DNA of 64,000 bases from Squalus acanthias. Lineage: Eukaryota. Position 1 is the stretch's first letter; each line of letters opens with the position of its first letter. The DNA lies in the NCBI GenBank assembly GCA_030390025.1, contig CM059432.1:32490001-32554000 (forward strand). The letters run 5' to 3'. Shown piece after piece: positions 10,569 to 23,230 of the stretch. Under the pieces are notes generated by a model that worked only from the letters and a program-made list of their open reading frames with translations, was not told the origin of the DNA and did not search any database. Both the position numbers and the translations under genes were made by a program.

Positions 10569-13489
10569 CCTTGACACCTCTGTCCTTGTAAACTACTGCC
10601 CCATCTCTAACGTCTCTTCTCTCAAGTCCTTGAGCGTGTTATTGCCTCCCAAATCTGTACCCAACTTTCCTGGAATTCCATATTTTAATCCCTCCACAGG
10701 ATTCTGCCCAACCACAGTACTGAAACGGCCCTTATCAAAGTCACAAATGACATCCTATGTGACTGTGACCATGGTAAACACTCCCTCCTCGTCCTGTCTG
10801 CAACCTTTGATATGGTTAACCACACCAATGCCTCTCCTCCATCGTCCAGCTGGGTGTGACTGCAATCGCCCAGTTCCATTCTTAACTATCTGGTTACAAT
10901 TGGATAATCACCTGCAATGGCTTCTCTTCCCACTCCCGTACTGTTACCCCTGGAGTCCCCCAAGGATCTATCCTTTTCCCCCTTCCTATTTCTCATTTAC
11001 ACGCTGCTCCTTGGCGACATCATGCGGAAACACGACGTCAGGTTACACGTACGCTGACGACACCCAGCTCTACCTCCACCATCTTTCTCGACCCCTCCAC
11101 AGTTTATAAATTATCAGACTGCTTGTCCAACATCCAGTACTGGATGAGCAGAAATTTCCTCCAAATATTGGGAAGACTGAAGCCATTGTCTTCGTTCCTC
11201 ACCACAAACTCCGTTCCCTAACCACTGACTCCATCCCTCTCCCTCGGAACTGTCTGAGGCCGAACCAGACTGTTCGCAACCTTGGTGTCGTATTTGACCC
11301 TGAGAAGAGCTTACGATTGCATGTCTGCGCCATAACCAAGACCAACTATTTCCACCTCCGTAACAACGTACCGGCTCCGCCCCTGCCTCCGCTCATCTGC
11401 TGCTGAAACCATTATCCATGTCTTTGTTACCTCTAAACCTGACTCTTCCAATGCTATCCTGGCTGGCCACCCATCTTCTATCTTCCATAAACTTGAGCTC
11501 ATCCAAAACTCTGCAGCCCATATCCTAATTCACGGCAAGAGCTGTTCACCCATCACCTCGGTGCTCACTGACCTACATTGGCTCCCAGTCCGGCAATGCC
11601 TCTATTATAAAATTCTCATCCTTGTTTTCAAATCCCTCCATGGTCTTGCCCTCTCCCTCTGTAACCTCCTCCTGCCCTACAACCCTCTGAGATCACTGCA
11701 CTCCTCCAGTTCTAGCCTCTTGCCTATCCCCTATTTTAATCACTCCACCATTGGCGGCCATGCTTTCAGCTGCCTAGGCCCTAAGCTCTGGAATTGCCTC
11801 CCTAAATGGATTCCCTTTCTACCTCTCTTTCCTCCTTTTTAAGACGTTCCTTAAAAACCTCTTTGACCAAGCTTTTGGTCATCTGTCCTAAATATCGCCT
11901 TATGTGGCTTGGTGTCAAATTTTGCTTGATAACACTCCTGTGAAGCGCCTTGGACATTTTACTACATTAAACGCGCTATATAAATGCAAGTTGTGGTTTA
12001 GAGAGGAAAAAAATAGGTCGGAATCTTCCCCTGATGGTTGTGCAATATACCTGGTGCAAGTAGATGTGTGCTGATGACGAAATGATTAGTTTGACTGTGT
12101 TTCCTACTTCCGGTGGCTCCCTGCACTCGGGTGAAATAGTCTGTTAGCAGTTATTGCCCTGGCCTACAGTGGGAGTTCAATGAAAATATTAGAGATTGCT
12201 GGTGCCTGATAAGGGAGTGAAAGTTAAAAATTAACTTATGGGCTCTTTTGCGTTGCTTTACTACTAGATTCTCTGTAAACTATAGACCTCTCTTCAATAA
12301 ATCCATTAAACAAATGAAGGGAAATGTAATCTCTGCTGTGTTGCAAATTCTTGATACCTTGTTGGGGATTGCTGTTTTTTCATGTTAAGAGTCTATGTTG
12401 TCTCTTTAGTTCTGAAAAGCTGTTTTTTTTATTGTGAAGTAGGGCGCTAGGATAGCACTGCTTACACCTACAAGCGTTGTTTCCTTTACCAATAGTGAAT
12501 TTTTCCTGCTCCCTATTGAGCTTTTGGAGGGCCAAGAGAAAAGCTGGCGCTTTTTGCTACCTCCACCCACCACTGATCCCAAGAAGAATTGGGTCTTTGC
12601 CACTGGAGATAGTGTTCACTTCCTTTATACTGATAGTAGACTTGTGGTGATGAGAGCATGTAGCCGATGTCATTGTAAACTGCCTGAAAAGTGTAATTGA
12701 ACACAACCTTCCATTGTTGTGTTGGTTATTACAGTTCATAGCTGTTAAGCAGAGTGTTGCATGTTAATTAAGCAAATCTAGAAATTCATTTCTGCTATTC
12801 AAATATAATAGGTAGGGCTTTTTGCTCATTAAGGTGTTATGAATATCTTTTTGGTGTCATACAACAAGATGAGTAATAGAATAAAAATGTGCATTTTGCT
12901 TTGTGGGAACACTAAGACAGAACTGCTTCAACACCCCTGATGCTCTTTGAAGAGGTGAGTTTTGCCAGAGGTTCCCATCTTTCTGGCAGTCGTTCAGCCC
13001 ACCTCTTATAGGTGAGCCATATATTTTGCTAGATGGCCCATGCATACTGAAAGATGGAAGAAACATGGAATTTGAAAAGGTCATATCGCACAAGGAATTT
13101 CATTCATTTTGGAAGTTTGGCCTTCTATTGGCTATAAACTGTCAGGCTGACATTTAACCTCATTCCCCAACCCCCTTCCCCTCCCTCTTCCATTTGTTCA
13201 TCATCGACATTTGGGGCCATTGGGATTGTACAATTTATCTGTCACCATAGACTGATAAATGCTGCTCCATGTGGAACTTGCTATTGAATGTGACATCTTA
13301 TTTTTTTACATTCTTCAAACTTGCCCTTGCTCTTGCTAAAGTTGCAGGTTTTTAACAGTCTCCATGGTTCAAAGTTCATCAGTCCTGTCACTAATGATGG
13401 GCAGTGAACAACAACTTGCATTTATTTAGCGCCTTCAACTTAGAAAAATGTCCCAAGGCACTTCACAGAAGTGTAATCGGTTGAAAAAA

Positions 13490-14385
13490 TTGCAGGTGAC
13501 ACCAAATTGGGAGATACACTAATAATGTGGAGGACTGCACCAAAATAAAGGAAGACATAAACATACTTGCAGAGTGGGCATATAAATGGCAAACAAAATT
13601 CAATATAGCAAAGTGAGAGGTGGTCCATTTTGGTGGTAGGAATATGGACGTCACTTACTCCTTGGAAGGTAAAAAACTAAAGAGAGTAGAGGAGCAAATA
13701 GATCTGGAAATACAGATACATAAATCGTTAAACGTAGCAACACAAGTTGATAGGCCATAAACAGTGCAAACAAAGTATTGTGATTTAATTCTAGAGGAAT
13801 AGAATATCAAAGCAGGGAGGTAATAAATTTATATAGAACCTAGATTAGACCATGTGCAGTTTTGGTCTCCATACTACAAAAGTGATATTGAAGCACTGGA
13901 AAAAGTTGGTGTTTCTTTTTAAAAAAAGCTTTGCAAGGTTACCAGAATTGAGAGGATACAACTATCAGGAAGGACTAAGCAGGCTGGGGATCATTTTTCT
14001 GGAAAAGAGAAGACCTGATGTAGATTTTTTAAATTATGATGGGGTTCGACAGTGGATGTGGGTAAACTGTTTCCACTTGTGGATGACTCCAGAGCAAGGG
14101 GCATAAATATAAGATAGCCACTAACAAATCAATTAAAGAATTTAGGAGCAATTTATTTTTTTTATTTTTTAGAGAGACTGGTGAGAATGTGGAACTCGCT
14201 GCCACGTGCAGTTTTTGAGCAGATAGCATTGATGCATTTAAGGAGAGGCTTTGATGCCTACATGAGGGAGAAGAGAATAGTGTGATACAGGGGCGGAGTG
14301 GGAGGATGGAATTCATGTGGAGTATAAACACCGGCATAGACCAGTTGGCCCAATGGCTTCTTTCTGCGCTGTAGATTCTATGTTT
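13490..14385 (+). mobile_element. Old CR1 LINE 3' fragment
   Basis: Degenerate ADDTKLG-to-3'UTR homology. Confidence 0.75.
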
Positions 14386-15857
14386 TAAAAAAAAAAAAAG
14401 AAAATGGAAGCCTGGAGCAGACGATAACAAAAAGCCTCCATGTAAGTGGGCTTGTAGATCTTCCACACTGTAACTGATTCCCACAGGTACAAAGGAGCAA
14501 ATAAGTAGTTTTGGAAGTCTGTTCCTGGGCTGCTGCTTGGATAGTACAGTCTAAGTGTATGTTCATAGTGCGCCGGATTCTGCTCTCTGTGGTGAATGAA
14601 CGGTGCCAGCCGTTCATTACACTTGCACTTGTCCACAGACTTTCTATGGGATTTTACATGGGATCTTACTGTAAATTAGAGTGCCAAAATGGCACGGTGC
14701 CCTCTACAGGGGATCTGGGAACTGTATGAACAACTGTGTCTCCTTAACCAATCAGATTGAAGAATCATTGATGAGCAGCGCAGAGTCTGAACCAGGAAGT
14801 GTCAGTTAAAATATTTTATTCAATGTCAAATCAGATACAGAAAGGGAAATAAAGATGGGATTGACAGAGAGAGAGATAAAAGAAACAGTTTAAAAAAAAA
14901 AATTTTAATTAAAAAAAAAAAAAATCTCCAACTGTAATTAAGATCTGAAGGAATAAGATTCCACACTTGTAAAAGTTAATTTTCAGTGCCAGGGAGGTTG
15001 TTTGGCAGTAATTAAGACTTATCATGCAGTTAAAAGTTCACTTGCACTGGAATGGACAAGCCCTAACTTTTTCTGGCGAGTTTAGTATGTATATATCAAG
15101 TAAGTACAGCATTTCATGCCATTCCATGTATCTCAATGCCGAGTCAAATGGTGAGATGCCAGTATAGTGCAGCTTCTGGAGGAGCAGAGCATCTTGGACA
15201 GCAACTTCCTGATTTCTGTTTAACTGCATGTGAGTTTGCTGGAAGCTGCTGTCTGATTTACAGTTTAATAACGGTGAGCACTGTTAGCCTCGCCATTATT
15301 TCTACAGCAAAATCCAGCCCATGCAGTGCATATATACCAGCAATTAAAATGGATTGCTGGCCTGTACCTATGGCATGATAGTGCAGTCCACTGTGGACAG
15401 GACAAAATGATAACCAACACTATTCGGCATTGCTGGCTGCAAACTAATGGATGCTGTTGTAAGTACTTTGGCTCCTGTGGCCTCTTTGAAAGCTCAACTC
15501 ATGCAATGGATTTCAGCGCCACGACGGCTCCAATGTAAGCCCTATTAAATGCTAGGGGAGGGCACTACATCCTTATTTTTTTGTTCTGTTTTTACACACA
15601 AGCACAGGACAAGTTGTTGCTAATAGGGCCTGCTTCTTGCAGCGCAGCTGAGATATGAAAGTTCAGCAGTTGCTGACAAAATGATGATTTGTGGATCACC
15701 TTAGTGATGCTGACGGTAAATTGGAAGGTGCTCTGTAATGTTACTCTGTTATATCATGTTGCGTATAATATATTCTGCTGTTAAGTGCAGATGTGTTTAA
15801 AATAGCCTGTCCCTTTTTAAGGCCACATAGTGTAATTGCTGTAAATCCGGTCAGGTA

Positions 15858-16921
15858 GGGGTAGAGTTTCCGCTTTGGGCGCAATGATGGGGTACGGTAG
15901 CATAGTGGTTAAATTACTGGACTAGTAATCCAGAGGCCTGGACTAATGATTCAGAGATGTGAGTTCAAATCCCACCACGGCAGCTGGGGAATTTAAATTC
16001 AGTTAAATAAATCTGGAATAAAAAACTAGGATCGGTAATGGTGGCCATGAAACTACCAATTTGTCGTAAAAATCCATCTGGTTCGCTAATGTCCTTTTTT
16101 AGGGAAGGAAATCTGCCGCCCTTACCCGGCCTGGCCTATATGTGGTTCCAGACCCACAGCAATGTGGTTGACTCTTAACTGCCCTCTACGGTTCAAGAAG
16201 GCTCACCACCACCTTCTCGAGGGAAATTGGAGATGGGCAATAAATGCCGGCCTTGCCAGCGACGCCCACATCCCATGAACGAATAAAAAAAATCAGCAAT
16301 CCAGGCGAAAATTGCGCTAGTTTTCTAAATTGAATTTTTTGCTCAAGTTTCTGCTCAAACTCATTTGCATATCACAACGTAAAATCCTCATGAACTAGCA
16401 CTATTGGGAAGCATTTTAGAAGATTTTTTTTTCTGCATTAAAAAATATTCCTTCATTTATTTCAGAGTGGTAACCTGGTGCAGTTTTATTAATACAGCTA
16501 AGAATCAGTTTATAACAAAATAAGCATTAATAAGTATCTAGTCCACCACTTGTGAGCAACCAGATTTTAAATAACTTTAAAAAGCAATACAGTAGTCAGT
16601 TTCTTAGTTAAATGTTTTTTAATAAGCTTTTAAAAGGTGCCTATTGGTGTCCTTGTGGCTAAAAAAAAAACTTAATTTTAAGAACCTTCTCCAAGGGCCG
16701 CAAACAAGTGCAATTAGCGGAAACTCGCCATGGTGATTAATTTTATCTGGGGGAGTGGCCGGATTTGTGGGCGAGGCCTGTTTCCAGTGCGATGCTTTTT
16801 AAATCGGCGCAAAAGATTGCGGAAACTTGATTTGCGCTGGATGTAACTTGCGCTTGAAATGACTCTATTTTGGGCGAATTGCGCTGAAAAAACCAGCGCA
16901 ACCTTGTTGAAACTCCAGGCT
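15858..16921. mobile_element. Harbinger-like MITE hosting a SINE
   Basis: GGGGTAGAGTTTC ... GAAACTCCAGGCT ends, AT-rich core; TSD unclear. Confidence 0.5.
15889..16292 (+). mobile_element. tRNA-headed SINE composed of the 5' and 3' ends of the LINE at 28286-30085
   Basis: A box TAGCATAGTGG, B box GAGTTCAAATCC, poly(A) tail; direct similarity to both ends of that LINE. Confidence 0.85.
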
Positions 16922-17169
16922 GAGTGAAAATATCTCCTAGTGAAAATCTGCAGATTGACAGGTGCTTATAAATTTCTGGCCTAGGTTGGAAATAAACAAT
17001 ATAAAGCTATGCTGCCTGATCTGAGTATTCCAACATTTTCTGTTTTTATTTCAGATTTCCAGCATCTGCAGTATTTTGCTTTTGTTTTAATGTAAAATGA
17101 TTGTCCTTTTTATACTTTTGACATCTTAACTGTAATGGATGGGTGTCACATGAGATTTTATATAAAAAT

Positions 17170-17530
17170 ATTTATTCAGACTGCTTCGCACAATTAATTA
17201 TTTTTGAAGTGAAGTGGGCAAACATGAGCTATTCTGCACCAGCAATGTCCCACAGACAGCGGTGAGACGTAGCAGGCTTCTGATGGTTTTGGTTGAGAGA
17301 GGTGTTGGCTAGATCACCAGGAGACTTCCTTGCTGTTTTAATAATGACGTGGAATCTTAAACATTGCCAGAACATGCAGACACGGTCTCAGTTTAAAGGG
17401 CGGCACCTCTGACAAAGTAGCATTCCCTCGGTGTCGTATTGGAGTGTCAGTCTAGATTGAGTTCAAGCTCTGCTGTGGGACTCAAACCTATAATCTACTG
17501 ACTGAGGTGAGATTGCTACCAACTGAGGCA
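17170..17530 (-). mobile_element. Degenerate Deu-domain SINE (a second copy at about 17810-18130)
   Basis: Reverse-complement similarity to 10075-10403 plus a tRNA-like head. Confidence 0.6.
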
Positions 17531-18627
17531 GGCTGATGCCTGTAAATTATCAACTAAACATTATAAATCTGTTTTAAAAAAAAAAAATCTATAATTAAGG
17601 ATGTTGTCACTAGTACATCCACACTTGGAGTACAGTGTACAATTCTGTTTGCCATACTGCATCATAACATTGGAGTCAGTGCAGACAAGGGCAAGCAAAC
17701 TGATATCTAGCTTGACTCTTCGGAGTTACGAAGAAATGTTGAAATGCCTGGGATTATTTACTGTGGAGAAGAGAAGGCTTGGAGATATTATTTACGTATT
17801 CAAGATATGAATAACTTCTCATGTCATCAGGGTGTTCCAAAGCACTTCATAGTCAATGTTACTTTTTAAAAAAAAAGTAAAGTCACTGTTGGGCAGATGC
17901 AGAACAACAAGGTCTCACACAAATAGTAAATGAGATAAATGATCAGTTAATCTGTTTTGATGGCATTAGTTGAAGAATTACTGTTGGCCAGGACATCAGG
18001 AGAACTCTGAATAGTGCCACAAGACCTTTTATGTCCCTGAACAGACGGTGCCTCCATATAGTGTCTTATCTGACAATGTAGCACTAGATTACGTGCTCAA
18101 TTCCTATAGTACGGCTTGAACCCACAGTATTGTGATTGCTCATGGATTCATTGCAGGCAGGTAGTGTGGAAAGGTATGAGAATTGGATAAATATTTGGGA
18201 GAATACATATCTGAAGGCTTTTGGGACCAGCCAGATGCATTAGAGTGTTTACCAATCCTACGTTTCGAATCATTTCTTTCTTTTCGTAACTTGTTTCTCC
18301 TGAGGCGCTCACTGATGCTGAGATGCAGTCGCACTGTGTTATATGGTGATGCACTGAAAAGTACTTTTTAAAATTTGGAAATGACATATGTTTCAGTTTC
18401 ATAAAGTTGGATGGCTTTAATACACCTTGTGCCATCTCTGTGCTAGTACTTCTTCAAAATGTTAAATCCTGTTAACATCCATCAAAATGGTCTATCAGTA
18501 CACCTGATAATTTCAATGTTTATTGCAGATTAACAGTACAACAGTTTAAGCACTAAGTTGTTTTGTTTCTTGTGCTCATTTAGGATTCAGCTCATAAGGA
18601 ATCTGCAGTAGTTCAATGCAATATATT

Positions 18628-19379
18628 GGCCCAGAAATTCGCCTCTCCGGCTTGCCGCGGGGGTAAGGATCGCGCGCGCTCTTACCTACCGCGCCTGCCG
18701 TTGTGTTTTGGGCCCCACGGGAACTTCAGCTCCTGGGCCTCTCCCAACTGCCGGCGCGCAGTGCTTGCGTGTCCCAGGGGCGCAGTTAGTGCGATGCGTC
18801 CCCTGGGATCACGTGGGCCATGGAGAGCCAATGGCAGCAGACCATCTTTCATTCATAGATTTGACAGGAGACCTGTCAAATCTGTGAATTGAAATCGGCC
18901 CCAAAAGAACAGCTAAACTTAAAATAATTTTTTTAAAAAAAACCATCACATTTATAAAATAACTGTAGTTAAATAAATTAACCACTTTAAAGAAAAATTT
19001 AAATTTTTGAAAAAATTAAAATACTTTTTAAAAGTGATAAAAATAAACTTACCTTTAAAGTATCTAAAAAAGATAAACCTGTTGAGAGAATTTTTAAATT
19101 ATACTTAATTAACTACTTAGCTTGTTGAAAACTGGTCTTGCGCCTCCTTTTTAATAGCGTAGGTTCTTCAATACTTGCCCTCCCGTAGAAACCTGAGAAA
19201 AAATCTAAGTTTGCTGCGTGCGCGCAGCCTCTACCGCGCACGCGGTTCACCTAGGAACCGCCCCCTTCACCAGACCGGAAGTTCCGGTTTCCCGTGCATG
19301 CAGGAAACCGTCACTTCGGGACGTCTTACGGGTGAGTACACACTGTGTACTCACGCGGGAAGGGCCAATTTTTTGGCCC
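18628..19379. mobile_element. CpG-rich Harbinger-like MITE (same family as 60892-61632)
   Basis: GGCCCAGAAATT ... AATTTTTTGGCCC; ATT/ATT TSD; collinear with the second copy. Confidence 0.8.
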
Positions 19380-21435
19380 ATTGTTTTTTTTACATCTTTG
19401 TTCCCCGGCCCTGGTGTGTTTATGCTTGTTTTAGGAGGAGAGAATCCAGCTTGCAGCCATTTCCAAAAACATGGTTAATTCTGCTGCTTAGATCAACCCC
19501 AATAGACAGTCAGTTTGGAGTGTTGTAAGGAGAGGTTTCTGCTTCTATTCATTTTCTTTTTCTTCCCTATATCATCTTCACCCCCTCTCCAAAAGTCACT
19601 CTGTTGAGTTAACAATCCCCCTTTGGCAAGAACCCAGATGTTGGGATTATGAATCTAGCAGGCTGCCTTTTATGTGATATTTTAATGCAGGTTTAAGTCA
19701 CTATTAATATTTATAGTCTATTTTAAGTGCAAAAAAAATACATATATTCATACCCACACATGCACTTTTTTCAGGTTTTCTTTTCAAATGTGTACCGTGC
19801 TTGGTTACTGGAGCATGAATTTTTGTTTCATTTCCTAATGACCTCATGGTCACAAGCTGCATATTTTGCTGTTTAGCAACATCTGCATCTGATACTTAAG
19901 TTATGTTGCCGTTTAGAATTACTGCTGGGATACTGTGGAATATACAAAGAAACCATCTGCAGATCTATAGGGCGAGTGGGTTAAACATTTCCTGATGTCA
20001 CGAATTGGATGATCTGTATCTTATGTGGCTCAGGTAGAAATGCTAATGGATTGACTTGACCTGACCCACGGTCACATGATATGATTGCCATTACTTCCAG
20101 GTAAAATAAACAGAAAATAGCCTACTTGCGTGCAGATTATCCATGCACATAAGTGTTGGTCAGATTGAGCAGTCCACTATTTAATATCTACAAGACTAGT
20201 TGGAGACACCGGATTGCTGAAGCCAACTGGCTGAGATCTGCTGACTCAAACAGACTAGTAACTAATAAAAACACACAATTCTAGAAATACAGTGCTAGTC
20301 ATTCAGCATCTGAAAGAGGGAAACATACAAGATAATGTGTTGAGTGAAGATGAAATCATTATTGTTTTCTTTCAGATGCTGGTGGGCCTACTGGTATTGC
20401 CAGCATTTTTCTTCCTGATTTCCAGTATTCGTACACTTTTTCCTTTCAATTTGAGTTTGTAACTGTGTTCAGTGTGTGGCAAAGATTTAAAAAATACAGA
20501 CTTGGGTTTCTTTCATGTTCATTGTTGCCATACTAGATCCACATTAGAATAGAAAATTGGAGTAGGAAGCCTCACTTCATAAGGGTATGAGGTGAAACAA
20601 TGCAGAATATTGAAGCTCTAGTTTGTTATGGTTGACTGGTGTATCTGCCAATCTTGGTCATACCTTCTGGGGTCAGTGAACAAAAAAATAGAGTAGAGCA
20701 CCATTAGCAGTTGGAGCAGATTGCTATCGGCCCTCTTAACCAGGGACAGAGTGTCAAACACTACCAGTATGACAAGTTCTTGCTTTGTACTTTTGACTTT
20801 GGGAGAGTGGCACAATGCCAGACTGCTGAAGTTGCTCTTCCTTGCTTACATTCCTACCTGTCCCTGTTGCTCAGCAGATGTCAAGGAGGCTCTGAGCTGG
20901 TGAATGTGGCAAGAGTATGAAATACTCAAAGGTGGGTCTCTGTTGCCACCAGAACAAAGAAAATGGTGATTCTCTATATTCCCAGTGCAGCCGATGGTGG
21001 AAGAACAACACGTGTGTGCTTGGCTGCCCTTTGCAACAGAAAAGTATCTTTAAAATGAATTGGCTAGTCACTGACTAGCTTCCTTGTGTGAATGAGGAAG
21101 GTGTAGTCTTGTAGCTGAACAGCCTCTGGATTGTTTACACCCCAAAGGCAGATTAAAAAGTAGATTATTTTATTAATTGTAATGATTTAAATATTCAATA
21201 AAAGTTCAGTGATAGGTTTTCAGTAATTTAGGTTAATACACTGAGGGGAGTCTTTTACAGTGTAGGAATGTACATGTGGACTGTAGAGAGCAATGGAACT
21301 GACAAACTCAGTAAATTGCAAAATAATTTAATTTGCCGTGTTGTACTGCATAGTTGTTTCTGTCTGCAAACATTAGGGATATAGTCACTCTCACATGGTT
21401 GGTGTTAGAATTGTCAGAAATATTACTAAATCGAA

Positions 21436-23068
21436 TCACGGAGGAAGAGACACACAACCTCCCAGAAATACAAGAAAACCAAGGATGTGGCGAGAATGAG
21501 GAACTTAAAGAAATTATTATTAGTAAAAAAACAGGACTAGCAAAATTAATGGGACTAAAAGTCGATACATCTCAAGGACCGGATGACCTACATCCTAGGG
21601 TTTTGAAAGAGGTGGCCATTGGGATAGTGGACGCATTGGTTGTCATCTTCCAAAATTCTATAGATTCTGGAATGGTTCCTGCAGATTGGAGGATAGCAAA
21701 TGTAACCCCGCTATTTAAGAAAGGAGGGAGAGAGAAAACGGGAACTACAGACCTGTTAGCGTCACATCAGTAGTTGGGAAAATGCTGGAATCTATTATAA
21801 AGGATGCAATAACTGGGCACTTAGAAACTAATAGTAAGATTGGGCAGAGTCAACATGGATTTATGAAAGGGAAGTCCTGTTTGACAAACCTATTGGAGTT
21901 CTTTGAGGATGTAACTAGTGGAGTAGACAAAGGGGAACCCCTTCGATAAGGTCCCACACAAGAGGTTGGTAAACAAAATTAGGGCACATGGAATTGGGGG
22001 TAATATACTAGCATGGATTGAGAATTGGCTAACAGACAGAAAACAAAGAGTAGGGATAAACGGGTCTTTTTCAGGATGGCAGGCTGTGACTAGTGGGGTA
22101 CCACAAGGATCGGTGCTTGGGCCCCAACTATTCACAATCTATATCAATGATTTGGATGAGGGGACTAAATGTAACATTTCCAAATTTGCTGATGACATAA
22201 AGCTAGGTGGCGGTGTCAGTTGCGAAGAGGATGTGAAAAGGCTTCAAGGGGATCTCGACAGGCTCAGTGAGTGGGCGAGAACATGGCAGATGGATTATAA
22301 TGTGGATAAATGTGAAGTTATCCACTTTGGTAGTAAAAACAGAAAAGCAGAGTATTTCCTAAATGATGAAAGATTGGGGAATGCAGATGTTCAAAGGGAC
22401 CTGGGTGTCCTTGTACATGAGTCACTGAAAGTGAATGTGCAGGTGCAGCAAGCCATTAGGAAGGCAAATGGTATGCTGGCCTTCATTACAAGTGGATTTG
22501 AGTCTTACTCCAATTATATAGGGCCTTGGTCAGACCACACCTGGAGTACCAGTTTTGGTCTCCTTGCCTGAGGAAGGATATACTTGCCATAGAGGGAGTG
22601 CAACGAAGGTTCACGAGATTGATTCCTGGGATGGCGGGACTGTCGTATGAGAAGAGATTGAGTAAACTAGGCCTGTGTTCTCTTGAATTCAGAAGAATGA
22701 GAGGGGAATCTCATTGAAGCATACAAAATTATTACAGGGCTTGATCGGGTGGATGCTGGGAGAATGTTTCCCTTGGCTGGGGAGTCTAGAACCAGGGGCC
22801 ACAGCCTCAAGATAAAGGGTAGGCCATTCAGGACTGAGATGAGAGGGTGGTGAATCTTTGGAATTCTCTACCCCAGAGGGCTGTGGCGGCTCAGTCATTG
22901 GGTATATTCAAAACAGAAGTCGATAGATTTCTGACTAGTAAGGGCATCAAGGGATATGGCGATAAGGCCAGTGAATGGAATTGAGGCAGAAGATCAGCCA
23001 TGATCTCATTGGCAGAGCAGGCTCGAAGGGCCGAATGGCCTACTCCTGCTCCTATTTCTTATGTTCTT
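21436..23068 (+). mobile_element. 5'-truncated CR1 LINE (RT)
   Basis: ORF 21966..22571 ([14 protein letters not shown]); near-identical to 32875-34570. Confidence 0.93.
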
Positions 23069-23230
23069 AACTTTCTACAATCCAGCTTTTAAATATAGCC
23101 CGCTTTTAAATATAGCCCACTTTTAACAACGTATAAAGTTTTGAGCTTATAACATCCTGCAAAGCAGCATTTGTACCTCTAGTTTCAGTGCTCCCTGCCA
23201 ATGACGGCCCTGAATTCAGCAGCTGTGCAA

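Larger units (their letters stand above)
9490..11998 (+). mobile_element. Degenerate L2-clade LINE with nested insertions
   Basis: YADDTQLYL and LHWLPV motifs (ORFs 10558..11109 and 11561..11842); tail GCGCTATATAAATGCAAGTTGT. Confidence 0.88.

Noticed and set aside
14448..15320. Possible old Harbinger-type MITE
   Set aside because: Left TIR is poor and there is no matching TSD; boundaries cannot be supported
15680..15715. ATGATGA...CTGA resembling a C/D box snoRNA
   Set aside because: Only about 35 nt, no terminal stem, far too short
20600..21130. Unique-looking intronic stretch with several short ORFs (also 12400-13100 and 31560-31990)
   Set aside because: No recognisable protein motif or convincing splice structure; cannot be called without a database search
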